A stretch of 62,449 bases of DNA, counting the filler, from Choristocarpus tenellus KU-1152 (taxonomy: Eukaryota > Protista > Phaeophyceae): the NCBI GenBank assembly GCA_964200185.2. It is 12 parts of 12 records of this genome, joined end to end, with 100 filler letters (N's around TTAATTAATTAA, not from the genome) between each part and the next. Parts side by side here need not be neighbours in the genome. Positions count along the whole stretch, not along the records: positions 9,426 to 14,326 come from CAXNAD020012603.1; positions 14,427 to 17,403 come from CAXNAD020023215.1; positions 17,504 to 26,787 come from CAXNAD020003817.1; 9 more parts are not named here. One strand, given 5' to 3'. A program made the position numbers and the translations under genes. The notes under the pieces were generated by a model. The model saw nothing but the letters and a program-made list of their open reading frames with translations. It was not told where the DNA came from and did no database searches. Positions 13,202-25,340 of this stretch are shown in pieces (positions within the stretch are counted from its first letter, which is position 1; each line of letters begins with the position of its first letter).

Positions 13202-13696
13202 CTGATGGTGGCACACATAGTCCTTCCCAGTGCATTTATACTTAAGCTGCACAAAGACTCTCCTCTCAAAAAGCACTAGGAATCAGTTTATACAAGTTTG
13301 TAGATATGGACTACTTACAGCCAGAAAACTGTCAAGTACTTACTATCTGTGGCATTCATGTTTCAAACAATTCATTGCACAAGATGAATCAGGGTACAAG
13401 GTGCTGACATGACTTCCCTGTTCTTTGTGTGACGTGGTTGATATGTATAAGACCCTTCAACAGATACAATCCGTCAAGCACGCCTAAGTAAATTGATCGT
13501 AGAATCAAACAAATGCCTGTGTCTCCTCAGTCCCTGCTGAGTCACTGCCAATGAAAGGACTGCTCAACACATAGAGTCCGGAGTACATTATACACACACA
13601 ACATAGATGCCTACACGAAAAAAAATCCCTGCTAATACATTATTCCCTCCTACCTCGCAATGACACTCTAAGCACACTCAACAAAACACCAATCAC

Positions 13697-13787
13697 CTTC
13701 TCGCCCAAGAAGCGCACCACCTCTGGGTTGTCCATGACATCCCAAACCCCATCAGATGCAAGGATAAGAAACTCATCTTGGGGAGAT
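13697..13787 (-). CDS. PP2C protein phosphatase exon (SPQDEFLILASDGVWDVMDNPEVVRFLGEK)
   Basis: DEFLILASDGVWDV is PP2C motif 8; AG/GT bounded. Confidence 0.9.
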
Positions 13788-14426
13788 CTTGGGAATAAGA
13801 TGGCAATAGACAGGAGGACAGCCAAGAGGTAAATCAAAAGAGCTGATTGTTGAGGTGGAGGGCAATGGGGGAGGGGAGGGGTACAGGGATCTTGAACAGA
13901 TGTACAACGTGTACTTCCCAAAGTTGCATACGCTAAGCCTCAATACATTGACAAAATTCTGATTGCATACCTGACACATCTGGACCCATACGACAAAAAC
14001 CGGTACACATAATTGTGTCTAAAAAGAGGGTACTACAGTGATACATAGTAAAAACATTTCGTGCATAAAAAATGGTACACCTTTCATAAAAAGACTACAG
14101 AGGGAATACATTATATATTCAACAGGGTGTACCTTTTTCAGACTTCTAACTAAAACAGGGTATATATACCCTTCAAAAAGTACACACATACACACACACA
14201 ACAGATCCACAGTGCTCCCAACAACTCTCAAAAGCGCCATGTAAGATGTACAAAAGACTCCAAGATGTTCAAAAAACGGGAGGGGGGGGGGAAGGGGGGG
14301 GAACAGAGAGTTTGGGCAAAAAAGACNNNNNNNNNNNNNNNNNNNNNNNNNNNNNNNNNNNNNNNNNNNNTTAATTAATTAANNNNNNNNNNNNNNNNNN
14401 NNNNNNNNNNNNNNNNNNNNNNNNNN

Positions 14427-17403
14427 CAACACTGGGTCTCCCTTCTTCTCTGCCTTCCCCTTTACCTTCATGACCAGTATCCATGCATTCATCACCATTC
14501 CTAATAACTCTAAGACATTGATTGCTATACTCCCCCCTTCTCCTTTTATCACACTACGCATAATATCCTTCTTCAAGTGTTCTGGGAGGTCATATCTCCA
14601 CCACTTACCCGTCTCTACGTTGTACCCTCCTACTTCTGAAAAACATGCATCTGAATACCATGTCGTACCTGGAGGCCTTGACACAAAACCCCAAAACGGG
14701 GATATCAAGTTTTCTCCCTCCTCCGCCAGACCATGTTCTACCACCCACCTCCACCAATACAAGTCTTTCTTAAATTCTATTCCTATCCTGATTTCCCTAT
14801 TTCCTTCTCTTGGGCCTTCCCTCTCTTCGCCCTGTCCACCCCCCCCTTGCTATCCTTCTCAACCAACCCCCCTTCTGATGCAACCCTGACAGTTGTACCA
14901 GCCGCCAAAGAAAAAATCTCCCTGGGCGTATAACATACGACATGTGAAATAGTCGGCCCAACAGGACCCATACCTCCTTCACCCTGGCTACCGACTTCGA
15001 CTCTGGCCACTCCCCTAACAACGACTTCAGTCCCTTCAACGTTCCCCCTGGTAGGGCAACGGTCATCTTCTTTGCGTGTATCCTCCATCCTACCACTACC
15101 TGTGTAGTATGCCATCCTGTTAATGTTTTTGCTGACAAAATGGGGGACTCGTGTATGTCTCTCTGGCCTAGCAAACGTATGTGGTCGGAGACTAAAGAAT
15201 TTGTTGCTAGCTTCAGTCTCCGCCCATCTTCAAACCATTGGGGCTCTACCAATATGCTATCATCTACATACATTCTGGCAAGAAAAGGGTCCTCCACCCC
15301 CTCCCCCTTCTACTTCCTGCACCTTCCATGTCTCATCTACGACACTAACCTCCCTCCTGCCCTCCTGCTGTGAGTGTATTACACCTACCGCAATCCTTTC
15401 TGCTTCTTTGAGAACTACTATCGACTTGGGATCTGTATGACAGTGTGAAAATTCTAGGGCACTTGCTAGTACTTCCCACCACCCTGGGCTATTCCTCCAC
15501 CCAAATTGGAGTCTAAAATCGATCACCAGCAAGTCTCCCACACAATATCCAAAATTTGCTGCCCCTTGTGGTTCTACTGGTACTTGGCGAAAGGCATCCT
15601 TAACATCCATCTTACTAATCATAATTCTCGCCCTAGGGAACTTCTTCCTTAATTCCACAATCCTCCTAATCACGTCTTCTAGAACTGTACCACAATGTAC
15701 TGGGGGGGCATCCGCTAACTCTGTTTGGTCATTCACACTCGGCCCCCAACTCTCTTGCTGGTACGACAGATCATGAATGATCCTTACCTTCGTGGGTTCT
15801 TGTATGACACCAACTGGGGACACCTGCAACCCTGGAATTTTCCCCCATATCCTTTTTGGGAACACCAATGCTCTACCCTGGGTCACGTCACTCACTACCT
15901 TTTCTAGAAGGGCCTTCTTTCTACTTCTTGCACTCGTGTGGTTTCCATACTCTATTCTCTCCTCAATTCTGCCTATTCCTCCTACACACACTGGTACTCC
16001 CCTGTTCACTACCTGTTGGAGTTTCTCTATCTGTGGGAACCCAACCTTTTCCCCCAAATGCTCATCAATCTTCTCCCAACTCAACCGTTTTGGGATCCAT
16101 CTTTCCCCTAACCTATCCACTAGTGTTACCAAATCCCCCCCACACTCTCCTAGTAATGCTTCCCCCTTCATTGCCAAATCATTCAGTCCCTTCACTAACG
16201 TTACCCAATCCTTTTCTCCTTTCCAATTTTCCCACGCTCTCAACCAATCTTCAAATTCATCCTGCATTCCCCCTTCCCCTCCCAATCTACCTTTGAGTGT
16301 CCGGCGTATTGACCCTGGCGTTGGAATCTCTGACATCTCTTGCCTATGTTGTGGTAGTCTTGACGTCCATCGGTCTCTTCCTGCCGGCCCACCCCGGGGA
16401 GGGGTGGGCCCGCGTCTTCATGGGTCTTTCTTTGTAGACTTGGTATCGGTCTGGTCTTCCTTCTCCTTCTCTTCTCCTTCTTTGAAATGGTCGTATTTGC
16501 AAAAACCATTTCTTTTCAAGAAGTCACACTCCTGTCCTGACTTCCACGCAATACACGGGTTGTAGGTCCTTCCCCGCCCTTTTGAGACTCCTGCTCTATT
16601 TCTTTCCTCAGGTCTGGGAGATTTTGAAGCCCTTGTCTCCCCCCATGTCCCCGCCCTCTTCATGGAACGGGAGCGGGACTCAGTGCTATATAGTGCCGGC
16701 AGCATGTTCTTTTCCTGACCCAGTGTCGTTTCCAAACATGTGAAGCGAGGGCTCGGCAGGAGTGGTATCCGCATGTCACGGGGAGGTGGTGCGTTAAATT
16801 CGTTCCCTATGATGTCTGCTGCTTGGGCTATCTTTTTTTCTCAATACTGTAGATCCTCCCCTATCGCTCTAAAAATCAGTTCAACAATCCTGGGACTCTC
16901 TAGTAACGTGGGTTTGTTTGCACCATAAAACATTCGTACCTTACACCTCGCCTCTTCCAAGTCCTCAATCACATTTGCTCTCCTCCTCTGTCCTGGATTC
17001 CAACTGTCTCCATACCTGCACAGTCTCACCATTGCTGCCACGAAACAGTCGAAATTGTCGGGCAGTTCGTAGTCCCCCTTGCATGTTCTCCTCCCCAGCT
17101 CCCCCCTCGGTATGTAGTCCTTAATTGTAAAGACTGCCAGGTGTTCCATCTGCTTTGCCACCTCTTCTGTCACGTCCGTTGTTTCTTCTACTATGCGTTG
17201 TAGCTCGTACTGCGTCGATCTCGTTTTCCCCGTTTTTATGAATAATGGAATGAATCCAAGGAGGACGAAGTACTTCCTCACTTCGACCCTGTTCCATGCC
17301 TGGATCATAGACTTCTCTTTTATTCTCTGTGCCATTGTTGTCGATGATATCGATTTTCCTTCCACCGTCGCACCTGCTCCCCTTCCCATCCCTCTGTCCC
17401 CCC
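14427..17403 (-). mobile_element. DIRS/Ngaro-like retrotransposon fragment: gag with CCCH finger (16418-17389), RT (14797-16336), RNase H (14427-14800); disrupted by two TGA stops and two frameshifts
   Basis: KVRIIHDLS, KMDVKDAFRQVPV, RLQFGWRNSPG and YVDD RT motifs; SDAC...GG...INVLELL RNase H motif of DIRS type; the recombinase is not on this contig. Confidence 0.88.
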
Positions 17404-17524
17404 NNNNNNNNNNNNNNNNNNNNNNNNNNNNNNNNNNNNNNNNNNNNTTAATTAATTAANNNNNNNNNNNNNNNNNNNNNNNNNNNNNNNNNNNNNNNNN
17501 NNNTTAAAAAAAAAAAAAGGGGAC

Positions 17525-17681
17525 GAGGAGGAGGGGGGAGGGCTACACCATTCGGACCCTGTCCAGGAGAAGTGGACTTGCATTATCCATCTGACGCATG
17601 CAACCAAATCAACCAAAAAACGTGACATAAAAAAATGGACCCCGAATGGATAGCTGCCACCCGCCCCAGATACTTTGAGCC
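17525..17681. mobile_element. MITE family C, partial
   Basis: CCCCAGATACTTTGAGCC end; internal homology to other family-C copies. Confidence 0.75.
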
Positions 17682-17850
17682 TTTCTGTACTGTAGGGAAT
17701 GAGTAGTGAAATGTAGGGTTTGTGATGCACAGAACAAACAATATATGGGGCCAAAGATTCAGATAATGACAGTAAAAAGAAAATTCACCTGCAAGCAAAC
17801 GTTGGTTTCCCAATATTTCGAAGTACAAATGAACTTTGTTTGGTTATCAC

Positions 17851-17976
17851 CTCTCCCATGCCCTCAATGTTACCACGGATAAGCCCTTCTGCACCAACAA
17901 TGAGATCCCCTTGTGAATCTAGTTTGCCAGTGAAGGATCCATCTACACGTAGTAATCTCTGGAAGGACAATTCACC
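17851..17976 (-). CDS. Bactofilin (polymer-forming cytoskeletal, DUF583/CcmA) domain exon (GELSFQRLLRVDGSFTGKLDSQGDLIVGAEGLIRGNIEGMGE)
   Basis: Beta-helix pattern L-VDG-F-G-L...L-VG--G-I-GNI; CAG/GT bounded, phase 0-0. Confidence 0.85.
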
Positions 17977-18253
17977 CTGATACATAAGCATAGCAGCAGA
18001 AAATGATGGTCCCAAGGAAATGCATGTCAGTGTAGAAATGTGAAGTGAAGGGTTGGATATTGAACACTGCTTGGGAATCCGTGAGAGGTGCACAGAAACT
18101 TTCAAGATCACAGGATGTTATGATAGTGTTCTGATAGTGCCACTCAATAATGGTTAGAGAGTAAAGAAGGGAGGGACCCATTAACATGCCATTGGAAACC
18201 GCATAGGCCAGATCCTAGATGAATTAGGGCGCATTCTTCGCCTAGATGCTTAC

Positions 18254-18298
18254 CTTCATGTGAACATTTGGGCCAATGGTCGTCTCCGGTGTGTCCAC
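18254..18298 (-). CDS. Bactofilin gene exon (VDTPETTIGPNVHMK)
   Basis: CTGAC branch site, pyrimidine tract and CAG acceptor; GTAAGC donor; splices to give TTIGPNVHMKGEL, the start of a bactofilin domain. Confidence 0.8.
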
Positions 18299-18401
18299 CT
18301 GCTCAGCAAGAGGGACCAGCAGGTCAAGAGTCAGCAATTGCTTGACGTAGATGCCCTCGAGACTAAAACCTACCACAACTAGCACATCCCTACCCTCTCA
18401 C

Positions 18402-18509
18402 CAAAATGTTCCTCCGATTTCCCAACATTTCCGTGGGTGTTGTTGACCTAACCTCCCCGATGTATTGATCGTCGTGGTATGTATCGTGCTCTCCAAGTCT
18501 CCTGGGTAC
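18402..18509 (-). CDS. Bactofilin gene exon, N-terminal region (VPRRLGEHDTYHDDQYIGEVRSTTPTEMLGNRRNIL)
   Basis: Strong pyrimidine tract-CAG acceptor and GTGAG donor; 108 bp, open in phase 0. Confidence 0.65.
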
Positions 18510-18655
18510 CTGTTGAAGAGGAAGAGGTGAGGCAGGTTCGATGATATAAAACTAGTCCCCATTATTATATGTGGAAGATGCAAGCAGCCAGGACTGGGGG
18601 GTTCTCACAGCAACCAATAGCAATGTAGAGCAATTTTTCCACCCGAATGCCTCAC

Positions 18656-18682
18656 ATGGTACGCAGCTCCCGCCAGGGCCTG
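18656..18682 (-). CDS. Bactofilin gene, putative 27-bp micro-exon (QALAGAAYH)
   Basis: CAG acceptor, GTGAG donor, phase 0-0. Confidence 0.45.
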
Positions 18683-18885
18683 CTGTTGTTGTTGTGTGTG
18701 TGCACCGGGACGACAAACATAAATGTGCAAATTATTGGTCAGTGAGAATTTTCTCCATTGACATTCTCACCCCCTGCAACTGCAGGCATTCAATACCCTC
18801 TTTAAGCCCTCTATTTTAATAGCTGTGCATGGAATGGATCTGTTCTGCAGACCAAACAAGTACATGTCCTAGGACCTGGACTCAC

Positions 18886-18954
18886 CTCAGTGTAGGGGCC
18901 GTCAACGGGTTTGTTCTGTTTTCGTACCCGTGGGGGCGGAGGGGGTCCAGACAT
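18886..18954 (-). CDS. Bactofilin gene, putative first exon (MSGPPPPPRVRKQNKPVDGPYTE)
   Basis: ATG in a CpG-rich region; consensus GTGAGT donor; phase 0. Confidence 0.55.
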
Positions 18955-21196
18955 ATGTGGAAAAGGGTCTCGTGTGATGGGGATGCAACGCTGTGTGGCA
19001 AGATTGCCCCTCGTGTCAATGTAACATGCACAACCGACATGTTGTGTTTTTGGGTTGCTGCGAACAGAGTCCGAGGGTTGCAAACGGTTTCAAATTATAT
19101 GGATTTTGTTTTCTAGTATGGAAGTTGTACCATTTTAAGGCGGTTAATAGGGCAGGCATGCCTTAACTTGGACAGACATCATCCTCAAAGTAGGTAGGCG
19201 AGATTGATTCGTAGAAAGAGAGACGCTCAAGCAGAGTTCTTCTGGTATGCGTTCAGGACACTTTGATCTTGCCGTGTGCAGTGAAGACTGCTATCATTCT
19301 TTCGCTCACACTGGAAACACCACACTTCATTGCGCATAAATTGTTGTGGACACTACCTCACGGAATTTGTGACACCTTGGATTTGGATGGGGATCATGAG
19401 ATGAAGAGGCTGCCATTTGATTTGAACTCTTCTTAGGAGGAGAAGAGCGACAAGGGCATCAATGACGACGAGCCTGTCGTTGCGTCAAGGAACTAATCTT
19501 ATTCTAACTGAAAACAGCACTCAGGTCTACAAGTTAAAACTGTCTGCCATGGAGCAGCCTTGGGGGGAAGCACCAGCGACAAGGGGAAGCGCAAGGACTC
19601 ACCAAATGGCGACGACAAATGGAAACGACTATCTTGACCCAGAAAGGTGAAGTGCTGGGATTGCAAGGTTGACACAAGATGAACAAAGACAGTTACAGTA
19701 GTACCGCATTTTCGTGATTTGAAGGCGAAGGCTAAAGAGAGTGGACTAGAGCGTGCCTGCGCATTGCTGCACAAGGCGAAAATGGAGATCTTGAGTGCTT
19801 TTGCTTCAAAATCTGTGATGGAGACCGATATTAGATAGTTCCTCGACTAATTTGGTGTTATATTCTTCCTTTTCTGAGCACCATCAATTCTGACAGCACA
19901 TACAAGATTGCAGGGACAAGGTCATTTATGATGGAATTTATTGAAAGTAATTCGCTTTAAGGCTTGTCAAGCCCAAATATTGACAAGTCCTCAAAGTCGA
20001 CCTTCCCAATAAATAATGTTAGTCAACAAGGCAGGTCTTCTGTTTTACTCACGAAATTTTGGATGAATTAATTTCCCACTCTTCACCTCACTCCACTCCA
20101 TAGTATTACATCGTCACACCAACTTCCTTTTCCCTCAAACCCTAATCCTTGTGCTGTATCCAACACATCCACTCACAATATAATGCTTTCCCCAGCTTAT
20201 ATCTACTCACAAAACTAAGTGATCAATCTGCATATCCACTCACAAGACAATGTCGCCAATTTCTGCCTATCCACTCCCAGACCAATCCTCCCAAAACACT
20301 CCACCTTCATCTAAGGCACTCCACATTCCTCCACTCCCATGCTGTGTATTTGCACTCGAAGATATCTACTCTGCCTGAGCTTCGATCTTTCCCCCCATCA
20401 TCCCCCTCAATTGTGAGCAATCAAGAGAGTGAGTTGGTGGGAAAGATTGCTCAACTTCCTTTAGTCTTCCCCTATTGCCCTTCATCAAACCTTCAACTCT
20501 GATCCCTTCCTCATTCCATTTCTCTACTACATGTTCTATAGAGATTATTTTCTTTTTTTGTTCTAAATTCCAAATCCTTGCTTCAATTTCTTATATTAAA
20601 ACTCTTCTCCTCCACCCTTAATACTTCCTCTCTTTTCCTCGCACCATAGCATCTGCTGATTCACTAATTAGCCACAATGAGTTTCACCCACACACAAACT
20701 CAGTTGACATAGAGTAATATATGTGAGAGTTTATGAAATAATCTGAGTTTTGTGGGCGGAAGAATTCTGGTTGGCTGGGGGTACAGGACAAGAGTGGGCA
20801 GGGGAAAGAAAAAAGAAGCAGGAAGAGAACGAATAATTAAGGAAGGTAAGAAAAGGTTAACGGAAATGAGTGGTAGAAAAGGGGAGGAACATCATTCAGT
20901 GATTGATATGAGGGAAGAGAACCAGGGGTACAGGATGAGGGGAGACCAAGGCAACCTCCTAGCAAGCTCTCCCGCCCACCCACCCTGTTGCTTGCTCATG
21001 ATCGACGGGAACACTAGGAGGGGGGTGGGGGGGGAGGGGAGGTCAAGTTGTGGCGGGGAAGACGTCTTCTAGCTCAAAGGCACGGTTTGAAGTGGATCAT
21101 GAAGGGGTGTTCTTGGATAATGTGGAGTGGTGTTGAGTGGTGTGGGAACTGCTGTGGGGTTGAGGGGAGTGGTAACTTGTGTGGGGTTGAAAGGTG

Positions 21197-21310
21197 GGGG
21201 ATGACTGGCAATCAGAGGCAAAGGGCATTCGCACTGGTTGGTCATCAAATGTGGGGGATGGCTGGAAATCAGTGACAAAGGGTATTTGCACTGGTTGGTC
21301 ATCAAATGGG
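21197..21310. repeat. Tandem duplication, 2 x 57 bp
   Basis: GGGGATG.CTGG.AATCAG...GCACTGGTTGGTCATCAAATG occurs twice. Confidence 0.8.
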
Positions 21311-22682
21311 GTATGGAGAATAGAGGAATGGCAAACAAGGAACAAGCAAATAATAATAATCCAGAATTCATGAGCAGAACAAACCAAGGTGAAGAATATA
21401 TACAAGAGAACCATGCAGATACGCAAGCATGCCTTAAAATGGCACACCCTGCTGCAGTTGCCTCATTTTCCACTCACCTTCCTGTATAATGGATGAGTCC
21501 TGAATGAGTCAAGAACACCAATATTTTGACCTATTCTGTACACAGGGACATGTTCAAATTAGCTATTGCAAATCCCTTCTTTTGAACAAGGAAAGATTAT
21601 TGGAATGAAGTACTTGCAGGAGTTACTCTTCAAGTCAGAAAGCGGACTAGTTCGGATGGAAGTACTTTGTTTATTTACCTTCGAAATTTTTTAATATATT
21701 ATGAGATGGGTAGCTTTTGTGCTAGGGAAGGCATATTTTTCTATCCTAGGACAGGATGCACATGTTGGTTCACCCTAACCCTAAACCTAAACCTAAATTA
21801 TTAGATGCACAGGACACTACCACTTTGTAGAATGAAGTAAAAATAATATTCATGCTTTGATATAGCCCATCTCATCATCTGAAAAAGATAGCTTCCTCCT
21901 GGTAAACTTTTTTCAACCCATTCTTCTCTCCTTACACTGCCTATGTTGGTGCAAGCACCAAGGAGATTCATCCCTACTACTTAAACTTCCTCCTGTTCTG
22001 TGTTTCCACTTTGGTCTTTTCATGCTCCCCTTCATCATCTCCTATCAACCTCTGTCCCACCACCTGGAGATATTGCATTCAATCATTATGCTCGTACATC
22101 CACATAATCACTCCTTCAAACCACAAATATGCATGGGAAACATACACACATATCTTTGAAAGCAGACAGCACAGGAAGGGGATGAAAGAGGAAGGTGTAT
22201 CCAGATGAGGGAAATAGATATTGATGACTAATGCGTTTGGACAAGTTATGTCAAAATCACAAAACGGTCACAAAGACCTCAAATGGACAATGGTGGCCTT
22301 TAAAATGGATAGTCACTTCTCAAGCTGACTTGATGGAACTGTGCAAGTGCTAGTATGACTAGTAATTTTGCTGCCCTAGTTCCTGTCTTACTTCTCCCGC
22401 TTTGGCTTCAGCCATTGTACTGCTTGTTGTGTTGCAGTAAACTGTGTTCTGCATACGTTGTAAGAGCTAGTACAAGCAGAAAACATTGAGTAAAGAACTC
22501 ATACATGCTTTCATTTTGTTGTTAGAGCACACTGTCAATTATATTGTATTCAGTATGTTTAGCCAGATGAAGAAAGAGGTCCTTCTGACTCAGCGTAGCA
22601 ATGTATGTGACTGGAGGAGTGTACCATTTTTCTTGGGAGCAGCCTGTAGGAGAATAATTCAACTGCTGCCAAGTATTATATA

Positions 22683-24320
22683 CTTCCTCCATTTGGAATT
22701 AAATGTCACATAGTTTTTGCAAGCTCTGCTCTCGCCTGGGAAACACTCAGGGGATAAACACTCTGGATGAGGCTTGGTTCAGGCTTGGTTCTCATATAGA
22801 TTGAGTAGTGTGCAGAGTTTGATATGGTAGCCTGTCATGACTGTGGAGGATCACCAGTGCAAAGTCGACCAAGTCGCATTTGATGGGGTTCAAAAACCTC
22901 ATGAAAAAGTCAAAGTGGGTGTCTATTGGGATACTAGGGTGAAGGCTCCCTGTTGTTTGAGTGGCTTCCTCATCCTATTGTTGCCTATTGTCCCAATTCT
23001 TGACCCAGAAGTCTGTCCGGGATCCAGACTCAAATTCCCCTATGAAGAACAGCTTGGTGGCATGATGCCTGCAGGTGAGAGGGATGACACTCGGATGCCT
23101 TGGGTGATGACAGCAGTCATTGTAGAGGACTTGGAATTTCTCAAATCTCCATGTTCCGTCATCTGAAAGGGAGTGACAGCCAGATTGCACAGGGTGAATG
23201 CATGGACCTTGTACGATGCTGCAAAGTGCGATGTGGCCACTGTACAAGTACCCTTGATGTTTGGGATGACTCACTGGTACACTGTACATCCTTCAACAAA
23301 TGGACGACCAAGGCTGGGGTCTCCCTTGCCTCGTTGTGGGATCTGTGCAAACACGAGAAGGTGAAGGTCAGGTGGTAGATTAAGGCAATACTCTCAGACC
23401 AGCAAAAAGTCAAGAGGGTGGTTTTTGTCATCAGTCACACGCACAGGAGGGGGGGGAGTGGGGTATTAAGGGATGATGAATATGACTGGGTGCATGTGGA
23501 TGAGAAGTGGTTTTACATCCTCAAAGATGTGGTTTGATGGGAAATCAGGATCTGGTGAATTGTGGACAGACACTAAGGTCACTTAATGCTCCAGCAGAAC
23601 ACAGCCCCAAAGGTAACAAGGTGCTTGTGTCAGCCATAGTGGGCAGGGACAGGTATAAGAAGCTCATGATCGAGGATGTCATCCTGGCAATGAAGTCCTG
23701 CATGCCTAGGCCAGAAGAACACAGCATCTTTGTGCAACAGGATGGGGCAAAGCCACACACTAAGGGGGATGATGGAGGCAATCAAGGAGGCGGTGAGGGA
23801 CAACAATGTCATAGAGACTCACCCAGTCAACTTTTCCTGACGTCAACATCAACGATCTGAAATTCTTTCATTCCACCCAGCAATTGAAGGAAAATGTGGG
23901 GGTGACCAACAGAGAGGAGCTGGTGGAGCCACAATGGAGTTGTTTGATGTGCACCTCTGGGAGACACTGGAGGGCGTCTGGCAGAGTCTCCTTTCGGTAA
24001 ATGATGAAGTGCTGGGATGCAAGGGTGACAGCATATTTAATATTCCCCATCTTAGCAAGGAAAAGGCTGAGAAGGAGGGCAAGCTCACCACGAATGCCCT
24101 GGTGGATGCTGTGAAATACCATGTTGGAATGGAGTTTTTTGAGGGCTTCAGGGGCGGAATCATAGATAGGTTTAGGAGTGCCCTATTTTGCTTGGGATTT
24201 TGGTGAGCAACCTTTTAGTGTCTGTACATTACACCCATAAAATATGAACATGTGAAAAAGAAATTGCTTCTTTATCAGGCTTACAAAATTTATGTTACAT
24301 TTAATTCTGAACAGAGGAAG
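22683..24320 (+). mobile_element. Full-length decayed Tc1/mariner (DD39D, plant-mariner type) transposon
   Basis: ~30-bp TIRs CTTCCTCCATTTGGAATTAAATGT / ACATTTAATTCTGAACAGAGGAAG, TA on both sides; VHVDEKWF, QQDGAKPH and decayed SPD-N-ND motifs. Confidence 0.9.
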
Positions 24321-25189
24321 TACTTATTATTATGCCTACTACTGATATTTTGCAGATGTGTCAGGGGAGGGAGAAGACAAAGACCAAAACAAATATACAT
24401 AGGAGAATGCAAGAACTTCTGTACCCCAATACTTGTCATTTCCCACACAGTTCCGTAACAAAATGCTGCAACTTCAGCATTGAGGTTTAAATTTCATGAG
24501 CTTTTTACACATCACTACTGTCCTGTGTTGGTGTTGCTTAGCAATAATGAACTGCTGCCACCTTGTTTTTTATTTGTTTGGGCGTTTTTGTGGTACACCG
24601 ACATATGGGATAGTGCGTGTGTATTATCTACAGTGCTTGCCACATTGACTTTGGGTATTTGAACCAAATTTCTATGAAAGGAATTTATGTATGAAAAACA
24701 TATTCAGGGGACAGCCTCCATCAAAAGAGCCTCAAGGATGCTTGATCCACATGCAAGAGCCACCTCCTACTACAAGCAGAAAGTTAAAAGGGGCAAGGGT
24801 TTGGCAACAGACCCCCGAGTGGGTCTGGTCCCTTCCAAAGGGGTTGATTTATAATCACTACTGAAGCGGGGTTTTAACCTACAAACTCCAACTTCCAACC
24901 AAACAAAAGAGTAAGTAGAAAATAGTGGATCAATTCTTAAAACAGTATTAGTAGTGAGAGTCTGTGAGTGCTGAGCGATGATGGAACCTTAATGGAACCC
25001 TTTCTCTCTCGTCCCACACATGTGGGGGTGGTGAGGCGTCATGTGGTAATTCTGTCAATGAAGTCCTCCTCTCTCTTATGCATACCTATGGTAACCCAGG
25101 TTGTGTTTGTTATACTCAAAGAGTGTCAGGTGTGTGAAACGAGAACAGGGTGTGGTGATGGTCAGAGATGTCAGGCTCACAATAGCCTT

Positions 25190-25340
25190 CATTGAAGAAG
25201 TTCTCGGGTAAGAAGGTGATACTGGTGCTTGACAATGCCCCATATCACCATGGGTACGAAGAAAAGGTCAGGAAGCCTGAGCCTAACACCACGACTTACA
25301 ATGCCAACCTCTTCTGGAAGTATGTTGTGGAAACTATTGC
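25190..25340 (+). mobile_element. Tc1/IS630-type DDE transposase fragment
   Basis: KKVILVLDNAPYHHG motif. Confidence 0.65.

Noticed and set aside
15777-16565. 262-aa plus-strand ORF
   Set aside because: Antisense shadow of the DIRS RT frame; Ser/Pro/Phe-rich with no motifs
19140-20100. Possible pogo/Tigger C-terminal relic
   Set aside because: Protein-like fragments but no catalytic motif or paired TIRs identified
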